From Tilletiaria anomala UBC 951 (Eukaryota), in the NCBI RefSeq assembly GCF_000711695.1, contig NW_013547012.1, positions 186,001 through 250,000 of the forward strand: a stretch of DNA of 64,000 bases, given 5' to 3'. Below the pieces are notes generated by a model. It was not told the origin of the DNA, did no database searches, and saw nothing but the letters and a program-made list of their open reading frames with translations. This document shows, piece after piece, positions 23,677 to 34,381 of this stretch (the first letter of the stretch is position 1; every line of letters starts with the position of its first letter). A program made the position numbers and the translations under genes.

Positions 23677-25115
23677 CTACATGAATGAGTCGTCGCTGTC
23701 GTTCCCTCCTGCATCATCCTTTTCACCCTCCGGAGCCACTTCACCATCCGCAGCATGCAGGGCCTTCAATTTCGCCTTTCGCTCTTTCTCCTCGTTTGCT
23801 GCCGCCAACGCCTCTGGTGAAAACACTTTGGTATCGCAGATCACAAGAAACCACATGTGCCATGGATCGTGGCGTACAAAGGACAAGTGGAGCAACGTTC
23901 CAAAAGATCAGTCGGGCGCCAAAGCATTCATGCTCATTGAACCCCACGTACACTTTGAGTAGTCTCGCGCCTCCTTATCTGCGGCATACGCTCGTTGAGC
24001 TACGAGCTGCGCATTTCTCTGCCAGAATAAGTTTAGCTATAGTCAGCATGGGCTGAAGGCGAAGGCGCGGTCATTCCGTACGCACAGCCTCCGTGGCCGC
24101 AGCTTTCTTTTCGCGCCCCCTTTCCCTCTCTCGCTCTTGCCGTACCGCTTCATGGTCCACAGCAACTTCCCTCTTAGTCTTATTTAATCGGTTCACAATC
24201 GCATTCTCGCGCTCCTTCACGTGAATTCGCTTGACCTGCTAATCAAAGGACATGGTACGGTCAGAATTGCGCCAGAGTGGGATAGGGAAAGGATGTTCTT
24301 CCATTAAGAGACTCGCCATCTGCTCATTGTGGAACGTTACGGCGCCTATCGCCATGTCACCAGTTTTCTACATGTGGGGCGCACCTAGTCAGCAAGCCCA
24401 CCAGGCCTTAGTGCTGCCGGGCCACCCCAAGCATACTTTGATATTGGTCCATGGCGTGTAAATAACCGTGACATTGTTTTTCTTGTTCCCTGCACAAGAG
24501 AAGTGCACTCGGTCAGACGGGGTCGTCAGCGATGCTCGCCGACATGCGTGGTCGTGGTACCTTCGATGCTGTTCGCCTTCACCAACTGCGCGCAGTCGTA
24601 GAGCAGACCTTGAGGAATGTTGTCCCAGGTCATAGAGTCTGAGAGTCGAATGTAAACGTGTGCCGAGGAGAGCTACCGCAAGGAGCACACCGAAGTGAGA
24701 CTGAGTCAGGCCAAGCCGTAAAGCCTTCATATCTAGCCATGCAAAACAGACTAACCTTATCGACATGAACCCAGACATCTTTATCGTCACCATACTTGAT
24801 CAAATCTTCATCTGTTCATTCGCAATTGTTCTTGAGCCATGGAGCAGCCACATAGAACGGCGGGGAAGGTACAGAAGGGGGCTTACTTTCTACCTGCGAG
24901 AGGCGTAACAAGCCATGTCAGCACTCCTGGAACAGAGGCCCAGCCTCTTAGTGATTTCACAGGAGTCGCGCACTTTGTCTTTTCCCATGTATATTGTGGC
25001 TGCAGGATCGACAGCTGCTTTCCAGACATTTTCAACACTGCGGTCAGAGGCTGCAAAGAGTGCGATGGGGGTGCTCAAAGGGGTAAGTACCTGTAGATGT
25101 AAAGAAGAGCACCAT
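23677..25115 (-). CDS. JLP2: NFACT-R domain (DUF814) protein, CCDC25/Jlp2 homolog, about 10 exons
   Basis: Spliced translation MVLFFTST|AVDPAATIYMGKDK|VEN|EDLIKYG..DVWVHVDK|LSSAHVYIRL...DCAQLVKANSIEG|NKKNNVTVIYTPWTNIK|KTGDMAIGAVTFHNEQM|VKRIHVKERENAIVNRLNKTK...DSDDSFM*, with the family's hallmark motifs and its DDFM-like C-terminus. Confidence 0.9.
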
Positions 25116-25586
25116 GATCACAGGCTTGCACTAGCACCAGTCGAGCTGGCGTTCTACACGTCTGCAGCGTGTTCAAGAATGATGATCATGTGCAGAGTCA
25201 GGCCTATTGATAAGATGATCGCAGCATGCTGCGTTGTATTCAGCGGCAGGTTCACGAAGCAATGGCAAACGTTGACGAGGATGTGGCAACCACCGTACTC
25301 GCAGCAATCTCTTTCGCCAAGTCACCCATAAGATTCATCGAGTCAAAGAGAGGCATGAGGTGAGCGCCAGGCGTGAGAAGCACAAAAAGACAACCCTAAA
25401 AAGCGGAAAAAGAAAACGCGTCCGTCGTCCTTGGGGCGAGTGACAAGGCGTATGCCCATTCCATCGGGCTTTATCCCTCATGCCAGTATACATGAGCCTT
25501 CGCCTTTTGTCTTGCGGTATCCATAGGCCATCAATCTACTGTTTGAGTCAGGCCAACCAAAGACGAGGTCAGAACACGCTGTCATC

Positions 25587-26981
25587 ATGCCTGTGCGACC
25601 GGAATTTGAGGTGACGCCTCCTCCTAGTGACCCGGTATCAGCACTCGCGTTTCATCCAGGGCCTTCCACTTCCGACAAGGTACAGCAGCTGCTGATCGCG
25701 TCGTGGGACAAAACTGTGCGCTTGGTGGATCTATCGGAAAAGGCGCTGCAGGGCTCACAAGTGACGCCAACCCTGCAAACTTTCTACCATGACGCGGCCG
25801 TGCTAGATGTTTGCTGGCTCTCTGACACTCTCGCTGCGTCCGGAGGGCTGGATCGGCGAGTGCGACTGCTCAACCTCGAGACGGGGCAGGTTAACATCAT
25901 TGGAAAACACAATGCCCCCGTATGCAGGCTTCGGTTTAGCCCACGGACTGGGTTGCTAATCAGCGGAAGCTGGGACAAGACGATAGGCATTTGGGACCCT
26001 CTCGCCGAGCACCCCACCTTGCTACGGAAGATCAATGTTCCGGACAAGGTGCTCGCACTGGACGTCTCCCCACCATGGCCCAACGTATCTGAGGTGCAGA
26101 TGGTAGATACCACACCGCGGCTCATTGTCGCAATGGCTGGCAGGACTCTAGCGGTGTTCAACCTGGACAAGCTTGGCGAGGCACTCCGGAACGCAAAGGC
26201 GGGCGGGACAGATTTGGGGGATGATGATGTGGGTATACAGCCAGAGTACACCAGAGAATCCAGCTTGAAGTTCATGCTCCGGGACGTCAAGTGCATGCCA
26301 AACGGAGATGGTGAGTTCTTGAATGCCCTTCACGAGGAGCGCAAACACTCACCGTCCTTCCACCGTCAAATTCATAGGATTCGCTTGTTCCTCAGTCGAG
26401 GGGCGAGTAGCTGTCGAGTTCTTTGACAATAGCGACGCCGGCGCTGCCCGGAAATATGCATTCAAATGCCACCGACGAGCTGTTGACAGCATTGACACTG
26501 TTTACCCGGTCAATTGCCTGACTTTCCACCCAATGTGAGCACTAGCTTGCAAAAGACCGTGGAGCACCCCCAACTGGCTTCTGATTCTGGCTCTCCAACT
26601 TCATCGCAGCCACGGAACCTTTGCATCGCTTGGTGGGGACGCAATGTGCTGCATCTGGGATGCAGTTGCCAAGAAGCGTATCATCCAATACGCGCGCCTG
26701 CCCTCACCCCTCTCCACTGGTGCGTGCAGCGCCGACGGGCAGCTGCTGGCCATCGCCAGCGGAGCAGAGAATATTGAGGATGCACGACACCCAGGGCCTG
26801 GCGCAGGTGAAGTAGGCGACATTGGGCCGGGAGGGGAGGGTAATGTCAGGATCCATATCAAGAGCGTCTTCGAGGATTGCAGGGTGAATAATGCATGCAG
26901 CTTTCCACCTTGGGCGCGCAGAGCCATTCACTGACACCGAAGTCCACGTTCGCACCACAGCCGAAGGTAAAGGCCAGCTGA
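25587..26981 (+). CDS. BUB3: WD40 spindle-assembly-checkpoint protein Bub3 (Rae1/Bub3 family), 4 exons
   Basis: [53 protein letters not shown]...KYAFKCHR...[21 protein letters not shown]...WDAVAKKRI. Confidence 0.9.
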
Positions 26982-27199
26982 CCGGTGATGGAAGTGTCGC
27001 GATTGCAGCGCACGGGCAGTATCACCATGGCCTATAAAGTATGGGCATTGCATTCCGCAAACAGAATCGAGTACACAGAATGTGAAGATGCTGGATTCAT
27101 GAAAGGAGTGAACAAAACGCAAGGGCAGCAGAGCTTGGGCGAAGCCGTTGCGGCGATGGGATGTGAGACCCGAGGAAGCGCTTAGGCAGTGGCCGCTTG

Positions 27200-30196
27200 C
27201 TAAGCGACATGTTTCTCGTCCGCGGTGCTGATGTGGAGCATCGAGGTGTACACTTGGGGCAGGAGCAGGGCCGCTAATCAGCATCGCATTCCAAGATCCA
27301 ATGAGGCATGTGCGACAGCTCACCTCTTCGACAGACAGGGCAGGCGTACTTGCGCTTTGGGGGCTTCCCTCTTCGCCTTTCCGAATCTCTGATGCCCTTC
27401 ACGCTTTCACGGAGTTGTATTGCGCATTGCAGGCACAGTCCATGCGTACAGGGAAGTAAAAGCGTAGTTGGCGGGTCGGAGAGACAAATGAGGCATTCGG
27501 ACCCGTTAGACACGTCGAGATCGGCCGCGACCAAGGGAGTGCCTGCGTCTTCGACGATACCTGCCTCGCCGTTCCCGGCAGCATCTTCCGGATGCTCTGC
27601 ATTGTCTGTATTCTGGACTGATACCGGCGGCGGCTTGGATGAGAGACCGTATAGCTCTTGCAGCTGAAATCGACGAGGACCGATCTGAGCATGAAGGGCG
27701 AAACCAACTGATCAGTCTGGTCGCAGAGAAGAGGAGCAGAGCACCGCCAACCTCACTTACCTCTGCTTCTTGGCCTTCGACCTGTAAGCTCCACACTCGG
27801 TCCCCAGCATCAACGACTGTGCCGTCCGGATGTCGCGCCGGCAATGAGCTGACGCGCAGGTATGATGTCTGCAAATTCGGTTCGCGCAATGGTTTACCTG
27901 CAGGATTCGACGGCAGATCGGCAGGGGTAGGAGTGAAATCGCGTCAGTAGCCCAGATCCAAAACGGCAAGGTCGTGCGTTTGCCGCACGGCGATGGACCC
28001 ACAATCCTCATCCAGCGCTTCGACGATGATGGCCATCTTGAGTGTCTCCCTCTCGGCCTTCTCCTTTGCCGCACGTTCTGCTCGTTCCTCTTTGCTCAGA
28101 GGCGCGTTGGGATGCTGCGGCATTGCGGGTGTCTCGGGGGACACGACGGGAGTAGCTGGCGGGAGCATATTTGCAGTGTTGCCTACACCTGCTGAGGTGG
28201 GCGAGATGGGTGCATAGACCGCGTTCGCGTCCACACGAGCCTGGGCAGCCTTGCTGATGTCCCCGCTGGCCTCGTCCTTCCTGGCCCAGTTCGGGGGCGC
28301 AAAGAGGCTCAAGCGCAGCGCAAGGTCGGCTTGCGCTTTGGCCGCAAAGCCTTTCTTGAGGGTAGCCCCATGAACAAGGAAGCCCAAGACATGCTGCGGC
28401 GGCATCCCGCGCTCCCCTAGGTACTTTTCCGCCTCTGGCCCGCTCGCGCCGCCTGCCTGCCATTCCTCAGCACCATTTTTTACATCCTCTTCCGCCGCAC
28501 GCGGGATGTAGCTTGCCCAGGATCCGTGCTTGCGCGAAGCGCGCAGGAAGATGTGCACCGAGGCGAACGGCGCCGCGCAGTCGTATTCGAACTGCAGCGT
28601 ATGTGTCGGCGGCGGGAGGCCGGCAGCCACGGCGGTGGCGTCGCTCGACAATGGCCCTGCTCCAATGACCGGCGTCCTGCCCGACGCCGCCGGCGCACCG
28701 TTCGTCTTCGGCGCCAATGCTACCGTTGCTGCCTTTGAACTGTGCGGCGCACGGGCAGCATGCACGCTCGGCGCCAAGCGGACGGTATTGCGTTTGAGGT
28801 TCACGTACGACTGCAATGTCGTGCAGACCACTGGCGCGGGGGGCAGCGCGACAGTGGCACCCACAGCGCCCGACCGCAGAGCACTCGCCGGGGATCTGCG
28901 AGTGTCCAGAGCTTCCGTTGTAGCCGGAGCAACAGGAGCAGTAGAAGGAGGAGGAATAGGGGAGGTAGCGCCGAGCGCGGGCAACAAGCCCACAGTCCGA
29001 TCTACCCATCGCGCCAGCGTGCCCAGCTCGATCCCATCCGCCATGCTGACGTTCTCGTCGCGCTCCTGCTGCCCGCTGACGATGCTCGGTGGCTCAAGGT
29101 CGGTTGGCACTGCGGAAGTAACGGCGACGCCCGCTGCAGCCTCTATCCCTACTCCTTGCACCAAGTTGGAGCTGCCACTGTCCGTAGCTGCTCCTAGTGA
29201 CACCATGCTGAGGCCACTCAAGGAGGCGCCGCGTGCACGTCCTCGACTGCCGAGGCGTGCGCACCGCGAGCCGAACGCACCGCTTGCACCCCCTGCAGCC
29301 AGACCCGGCGAAGCCAAATTCGCATTTGCGGCCGGTGAGCCGCCGGCAGCGCCGATAGCGGTCCCGCCGGACCCGACGACGGTGCTAAAGCTCCGCCCGT
29401 TGACGGCCCCGCTCGAGGAGCTTCCAGTGCCAAAGTAATTACTCAGCGTCGGCCCAAATAGCGTGGCAGCTTCGTCGCGCTCGCGCCTGCTCGCTTGGCG
29501 CTTGCGTTCCGACGCTACTACCTGAGAGCGGCCTGCCGGGCCCAAGAGCGCGGATTGGACCGCCAGCTCGGACGCAGACGGTGGCACGGCGGCAACGGCG
29601 CCTGCTGCTGCTCCGCCGTTCGCCAGTTGCTGCCGCATCATCTGCAAGGGAAAAGGCGGGCGGTCGGCGAAACCAGCCTCCATTAGCGCGAGCGGATCAT
29701 CGCCGTTCATCTGCTGCTGCGGTCTGTGCAATGACACCTGCACGTGGCGCCTCTCGATGGTGGAGAGCATTGCCTCACGATCGCGTTCTCGCAGGTTGGC
29801 GAGCGAAATGGCGGAGAGAGCGGAGCGGATGGACCGCCCGGAGGCCTCCCTTCCGTGGCTACCACGCCGCTCCTGAGTGGGTGGGGAGACGGTGGATGCC
29901 TCGGAAAAGTTCAGTTGGCGCCGGTTGCCGCTGCTAGTGGTGTTGGCGTTGGCATTGGGTAGGTGCGAGGTCGTGGCTGAGTCGGGGACGGCGAGAGCGT
30001 TGCCAGCCTGTCCAGCGCTGGTTTCGAACGATGTAGGTAGAGCCGGCGCTGCTCCGGCGCTTGGACTGGATTCGCCTGCATATGCACTGGATGATGTGCG
30101 GGCTGCATAGCCACTGGCTGGCTGGAGAGCATCTGCTGAAGATTCACGATCAAACTCCTGGGTAGGCGGACGAACGCGGCTCAAGAGGCCGAGCAT
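27200..30196 (-). CDS. RING-HC E3 ubiquitin ligase, MGRN1/RNF157/LOG2-like, with long disordered N-terminus
   Basis: YVNLKRNTVRL, LQFEYDC, RFQLQELYGL, and C-terminal RING ECLICLSDPPTTLLLPCTHGLCLQCA...CPVCRR|VYTSMLHI; 3 introns near the 3' end. Confidence 0.8.
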
Positions 30197-31202
30197 TGCG
30201 CCAGACTGGCTTTCGGCCACAGGCGATGGAGAGAGATGTAGGCCGGTTCAGCACGGTGCGCTTTTACCGACTGACCACCAATGGATCTGGATGGAATCTG
30301 TTGCCGCGTTGCGAGCGGCGAATCGTGAGAGGGTATGAATGAAAGGGTGCCAGGCAGAGAGGGTGCGGATGAGGCTGCAGTTAGCAGCACGTCAAGGAAT
30401 GGAGCTGGAGGCTGCGGTCAGAATTGCCTTGGCTTGGCTTCGCTGGATGTGGATTATAGCATGAGTGGTTAGCGGGGAGGAGGCCTTGCTCCTGGACGAG
30501 ACTAGGCGAGGTCGCGGATGGAGGGGGTCTAGGGCGGCAAAAATCACCGCGGAGACGTCCAGGGCGGCGGCGAGGCGGATCGGTGATAGATGCTATCACT
30601 CCGGCCGTCAGTCCCTGTCCCTACCCCTGTTTCTGTCTGTCTGTCAGCGCGCGTCTGCTGGCGATCCGATCTGGCAGGCAGCGCATGAAGAGGTAAAGAC
30701 TAGAGACGACGGGTCTGATCTGCCAGGTGGAGTGACAGGTCAGCGCTGCTTGCCAGTACAGGCAAAGTCTGGTCAGTTCTGTGGATGGGATGGCCACGAG
30801 TGGGGTGGACTATGGGAGTGCTGCATGCTTCACTGGAACAGTCTAGTGTAATTCAGATCAACTAACGTGGAGTTCTTTCTTTTCTTGCAAGCCCCGCAAG
30901 GCACAAGTGTGTGTGGTGGAGCCGGGCTTTGCATCACCCTCGAGATTTCTTTCTTTTCACCCTTTTCAATGGCCTCAAGGCAAGCCACCGCGCTCTCAAC
31001 GTCGAGAAGCGACGGCCTCGATGCGCACGGCTGAGCTGTTGCACGGCCAAAGTCTATTGAGACCCCGAGGATCAGACCTATCCACCTTTGACCCACCTTC
31101 AGTCGGTGTGCGCGCTTCTCGGCACGCGGCACAGCCACTCAAGCTCGACGGCACGCGCTGGCTGCTTTCATGCCTTCTGGTTGCATTTTTACATGGACGC
31201 AC

Positions 31203-31219
31203 GCACACACACACACACA
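31203..31219. repeat. (CA)n microsatellite
   Basis: gcacacacacacacaca in the intergenic region. Confidence 0.85.
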
Positions 31220-32240
31220 TAGCTGGCCGAGAGAGGATGGACAAATGGAGCGGCGGAGATGCAACATGACAGTCCAAAAACCTTGCATCATCGTGCTGTG
31301 GTCATATAGCGCTATTGCGGAATCTTTTCGCATATGATGTGTGTCTTGGATGGGTCTTGCGGTAGTTGGCAGAAGAAATTGAGCTGTTGCATCGTCGCGA
31401 AAAGGTCCTTTGCTAAATGTGTCGATGGACGTACGCACAGTGAGTCGATAAGATCGTCGACGGCATCAGCGAGTCGCTCCTGCCTCGCAGAGCCCACTCA
31501 TGCGACTCACCTTCAAGCGCAATGTCGACGCAGTCCATCTGTCCCGTTTGCCCATGCCCACCGCCTGCTGGATGCGCTGCACCTGCACCCGGCCCGATGC
31601 GACATAGCTTTGCGTGACTTGTCCCCCGGGCTCCATCCAGCGTGTACTTGGCACCCTGTGGCCCCTGTGTGACGAATTGCGCTACCGAATGGTGCGCAGG
31701 TGTGTTCAGTCGCAACGTCAGATTGGAAGATGCGCCAGACCTTTTAAAATGTAGAGGGAAGCAAGCGAGAAGAGAGGCAGGCACAGGGCGCGCACCGAGC
31801 GAGCAAGTCAGATGGAGGATATCAAGCAGCAACATTAGTAGACGAGATAATGGGTAAGATAGCTATGCCCCCCGTGCCCAGGACATGCTGGTCACGCGAT
31901 GGTATACCACAACGTCCGAGCTGGACCGTCGGCCACAGTTCCTCACTTACATCTCGCCGTGTATTGAATCGCGTCTCGACTTCGGTTAGAATTCTTCACC
32001 CGAGCCACGAAGAGCGCTTGATCAGAATGAGGATGCTCGGCCCAGCCGTTCACATCTGCTTTCCAAATGCTTTGGCCTGAGTCTCTCGCATGTAGGTGTG
32101 CATCCCTACAAGCGTCGTCGTACCACAAGCCTAGGGCATCCGTGCTGGAAGAGCGAACTGCCCTTGAGCTGACGTCAACCAAGCGGTGCAACTGCCGTTC
32201 CGAAGCTCTGATCCCAGGGCGGGCATTTTTCGGCCGAGAG

Positions 32241-32329
32241 GAAATTTTTCGAGAGGGATTGCAAGACTACCTCATTGTCTTTCTGTGGACTATCCTGGCA
32301 TGCTCATTATCTTCATGCTTTCGATGAGC
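32241..32329 (+). promoter_or_regulatory. RRPE-like (GAAATTTTTC) and PAC-like (CGATGAGC) motifs upstream of NMD3
   Basis: Motifs at 32241-32250 and 32322-32329, about 210 and 130 nt upstream of the NMD3 ATG. Confidence 0.45.
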
Positions 32330-32450
32330 CCTGACACACGCAAAGCCTCAGTCTCCGCAGTGGCACTGTGCGTAAGCCAGCAAGACCAAGTCCAACGCGG
32401 CATCTTATTCTGTCAGCTAGCTCTACGATTCCTCGTCGCGCGAAGCAAAG

Positions 32451-34288
32451 ATGGAGTTCGTCCCATCTGCTCCTCAAGCCTCTCTTGTGCTGTGCGCCGA
32501 CTGCGGTACGCCCATCGAGCCCAACTCGGCCAACCTGTGTCTCTCCTGTCTGCGCAACTCAGTCGACATCACCGAAGGAATCCCCAAGCAGGCGACGATC
32601 AACTATTGCCGCAACTGCGAACGGTACCTCAACCCGCCGCAGCAATGGGTCCAGGCGCAGCTCGAGAGCAGAGAGTTGCTCGCGATCTGCCTCAAGAAGC
32701 TCAAAGGCCTCCACAAGGCCCGACTCATCGATGCGGGTTTCATATGGACAGAGCCACATAGCAAACGCTTGAGGGTCAAGCTCACAGTACAGAAAGAGGT
32801 TCGTTCAAGCAGATGCTTCACGGCTACTTGATCTCAGCAAGTGAATAGTCAGGACTGACGTGCCACCACATGTGTCTCGGCGAAATGCAGGTCCTTACTG
32901 CCACAGTCTTGCAACAGATTTTCGAAGTAGAGTACATTGTGCAATACGGCCAGTGCCCAGACTGCACACGGCTAGCAGCCAAGAATACCTGGCGCGCGCA
33001 GGTGCAAGTCAGGCAAAAGGTGCCACACAAGCGCACCTTCCTCTACCTCGAGCAGCTCATCCTCAAGCACAACGCACACAAGGACACAGTCTCAATCAGC
33101 GAACGTCGCGATGGCCTCGACTTCTACTATGTGCAGCGAACGCACGCCGTCAAGATGTGCGAGTTCCTGTCGTCCGTGGTCCCCGTGCGCATCACCAAGT
33201 CCGAGCAGGTGATCGGCATGGATACCCATACGTCCACTACTAACTACAAATTTACATATAGTGTCGAGATCGCACCAATCTGCAAAGACGACCTCGTGTG
33301 CATTCCACGGCCGCTAGCCAAGAGTCTGGGGAATATCGGCCAGCTGCTGATCTGCACGCGCGTCAACAACTCCTTGCGACTGTTGGACCCGACGACGCTG
33401 CAGACGACGGACATCCCCGCGGAAAAGTACTGGAGGAACCCCTTCCCTGCACTTGCAACAATTCCTGAGCTCGTTGAATTCCTCACCCTCGACATCGAAG
33501 CTAATTACGGCAACAACGGCCATGGGCAGGACGCACACAGCTCGCGATGGCTCGAGGCCGACGCACAAGTCTCGCCACTGCATGCAACGTCGTTTGGCGA
33601 GGCTGACGCTGTGTACCACACGCGCACGCACCTCGGCAACCTTCTGCAAGCTGGCGACCAGGCGATGGGTTACCACTTGCGCGTGGCGAACTTTAACTCG
33701 TCCGACTGGGACAGCCTGCCAAGCGAGCGTATGCCGGATGTCGTGCTAGTCAAGAAAAGCTATCCGGACACGAAGCGTCGCAAGAACCGACGCACGTGGA
33801 AGCTCAAGACGATGGCGAAAGAAGGCGGCGAGGCAGGAGATACCAAGGACATCGAGACGCCCTCCGCCAGCACGGCAGAGAAAGGGAAAGGTGGCGGCGG
33901 CGACGGGCGCGGTGCCATCGGCCGACGGGGCGGGCTCGACAGCCAGCGCGTCGAGCGCGACTACGAGTATTTCCTGCGCGAACTCGAGGAGGACGAGGAG
34001 CTACGTGCCAACGTCAACATCTGGCGTGATCGCGAGAAGGAACAGGAGCGACAGCGCAAGAAGGACGAGATCAAGCGCATGAAGGCTGCGCGGGCGATGG
34101 ATGCCATGGACGAGTCGACCGATGCTGAGCCTGCCTCCTTCGCGACGATCAAGGCAAAATTGGGAGGAGCGGGTGAAGACGATGGGATCAACGCGGACGG
34201 AGAGAGCGAGTGGGGCGACGACGATGTACCGGCCATCCCGCTAGATGAATTGCTGGACGACCTGGAAGGTGAGCTGTCGAGTACTTAA
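32451..34288 (+). CDS. NMD3: 60S ribosomal subunit export adaptor; intron 32799-32890
   Basis: CADCG...CLSCLR, CRNCERY, ESRELLAICLKKLKGL, IWTEPHSKRLRVK, CPDC, WRAQVQVRQKVPHKRTFLYLEQLILKH, DYEYFLRELEED, and a C-terminal NES-like IPLDELLDDL. Confidence 0.96.
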
Positions 34289-34381
34289 GCATTTATCACA
34301 GACCCTTGCTGACATGCGTCTTCACTGTGTTCACAGACATGCACATGGACGACGACAACGAGTAGTGACTTGTATTCACGC

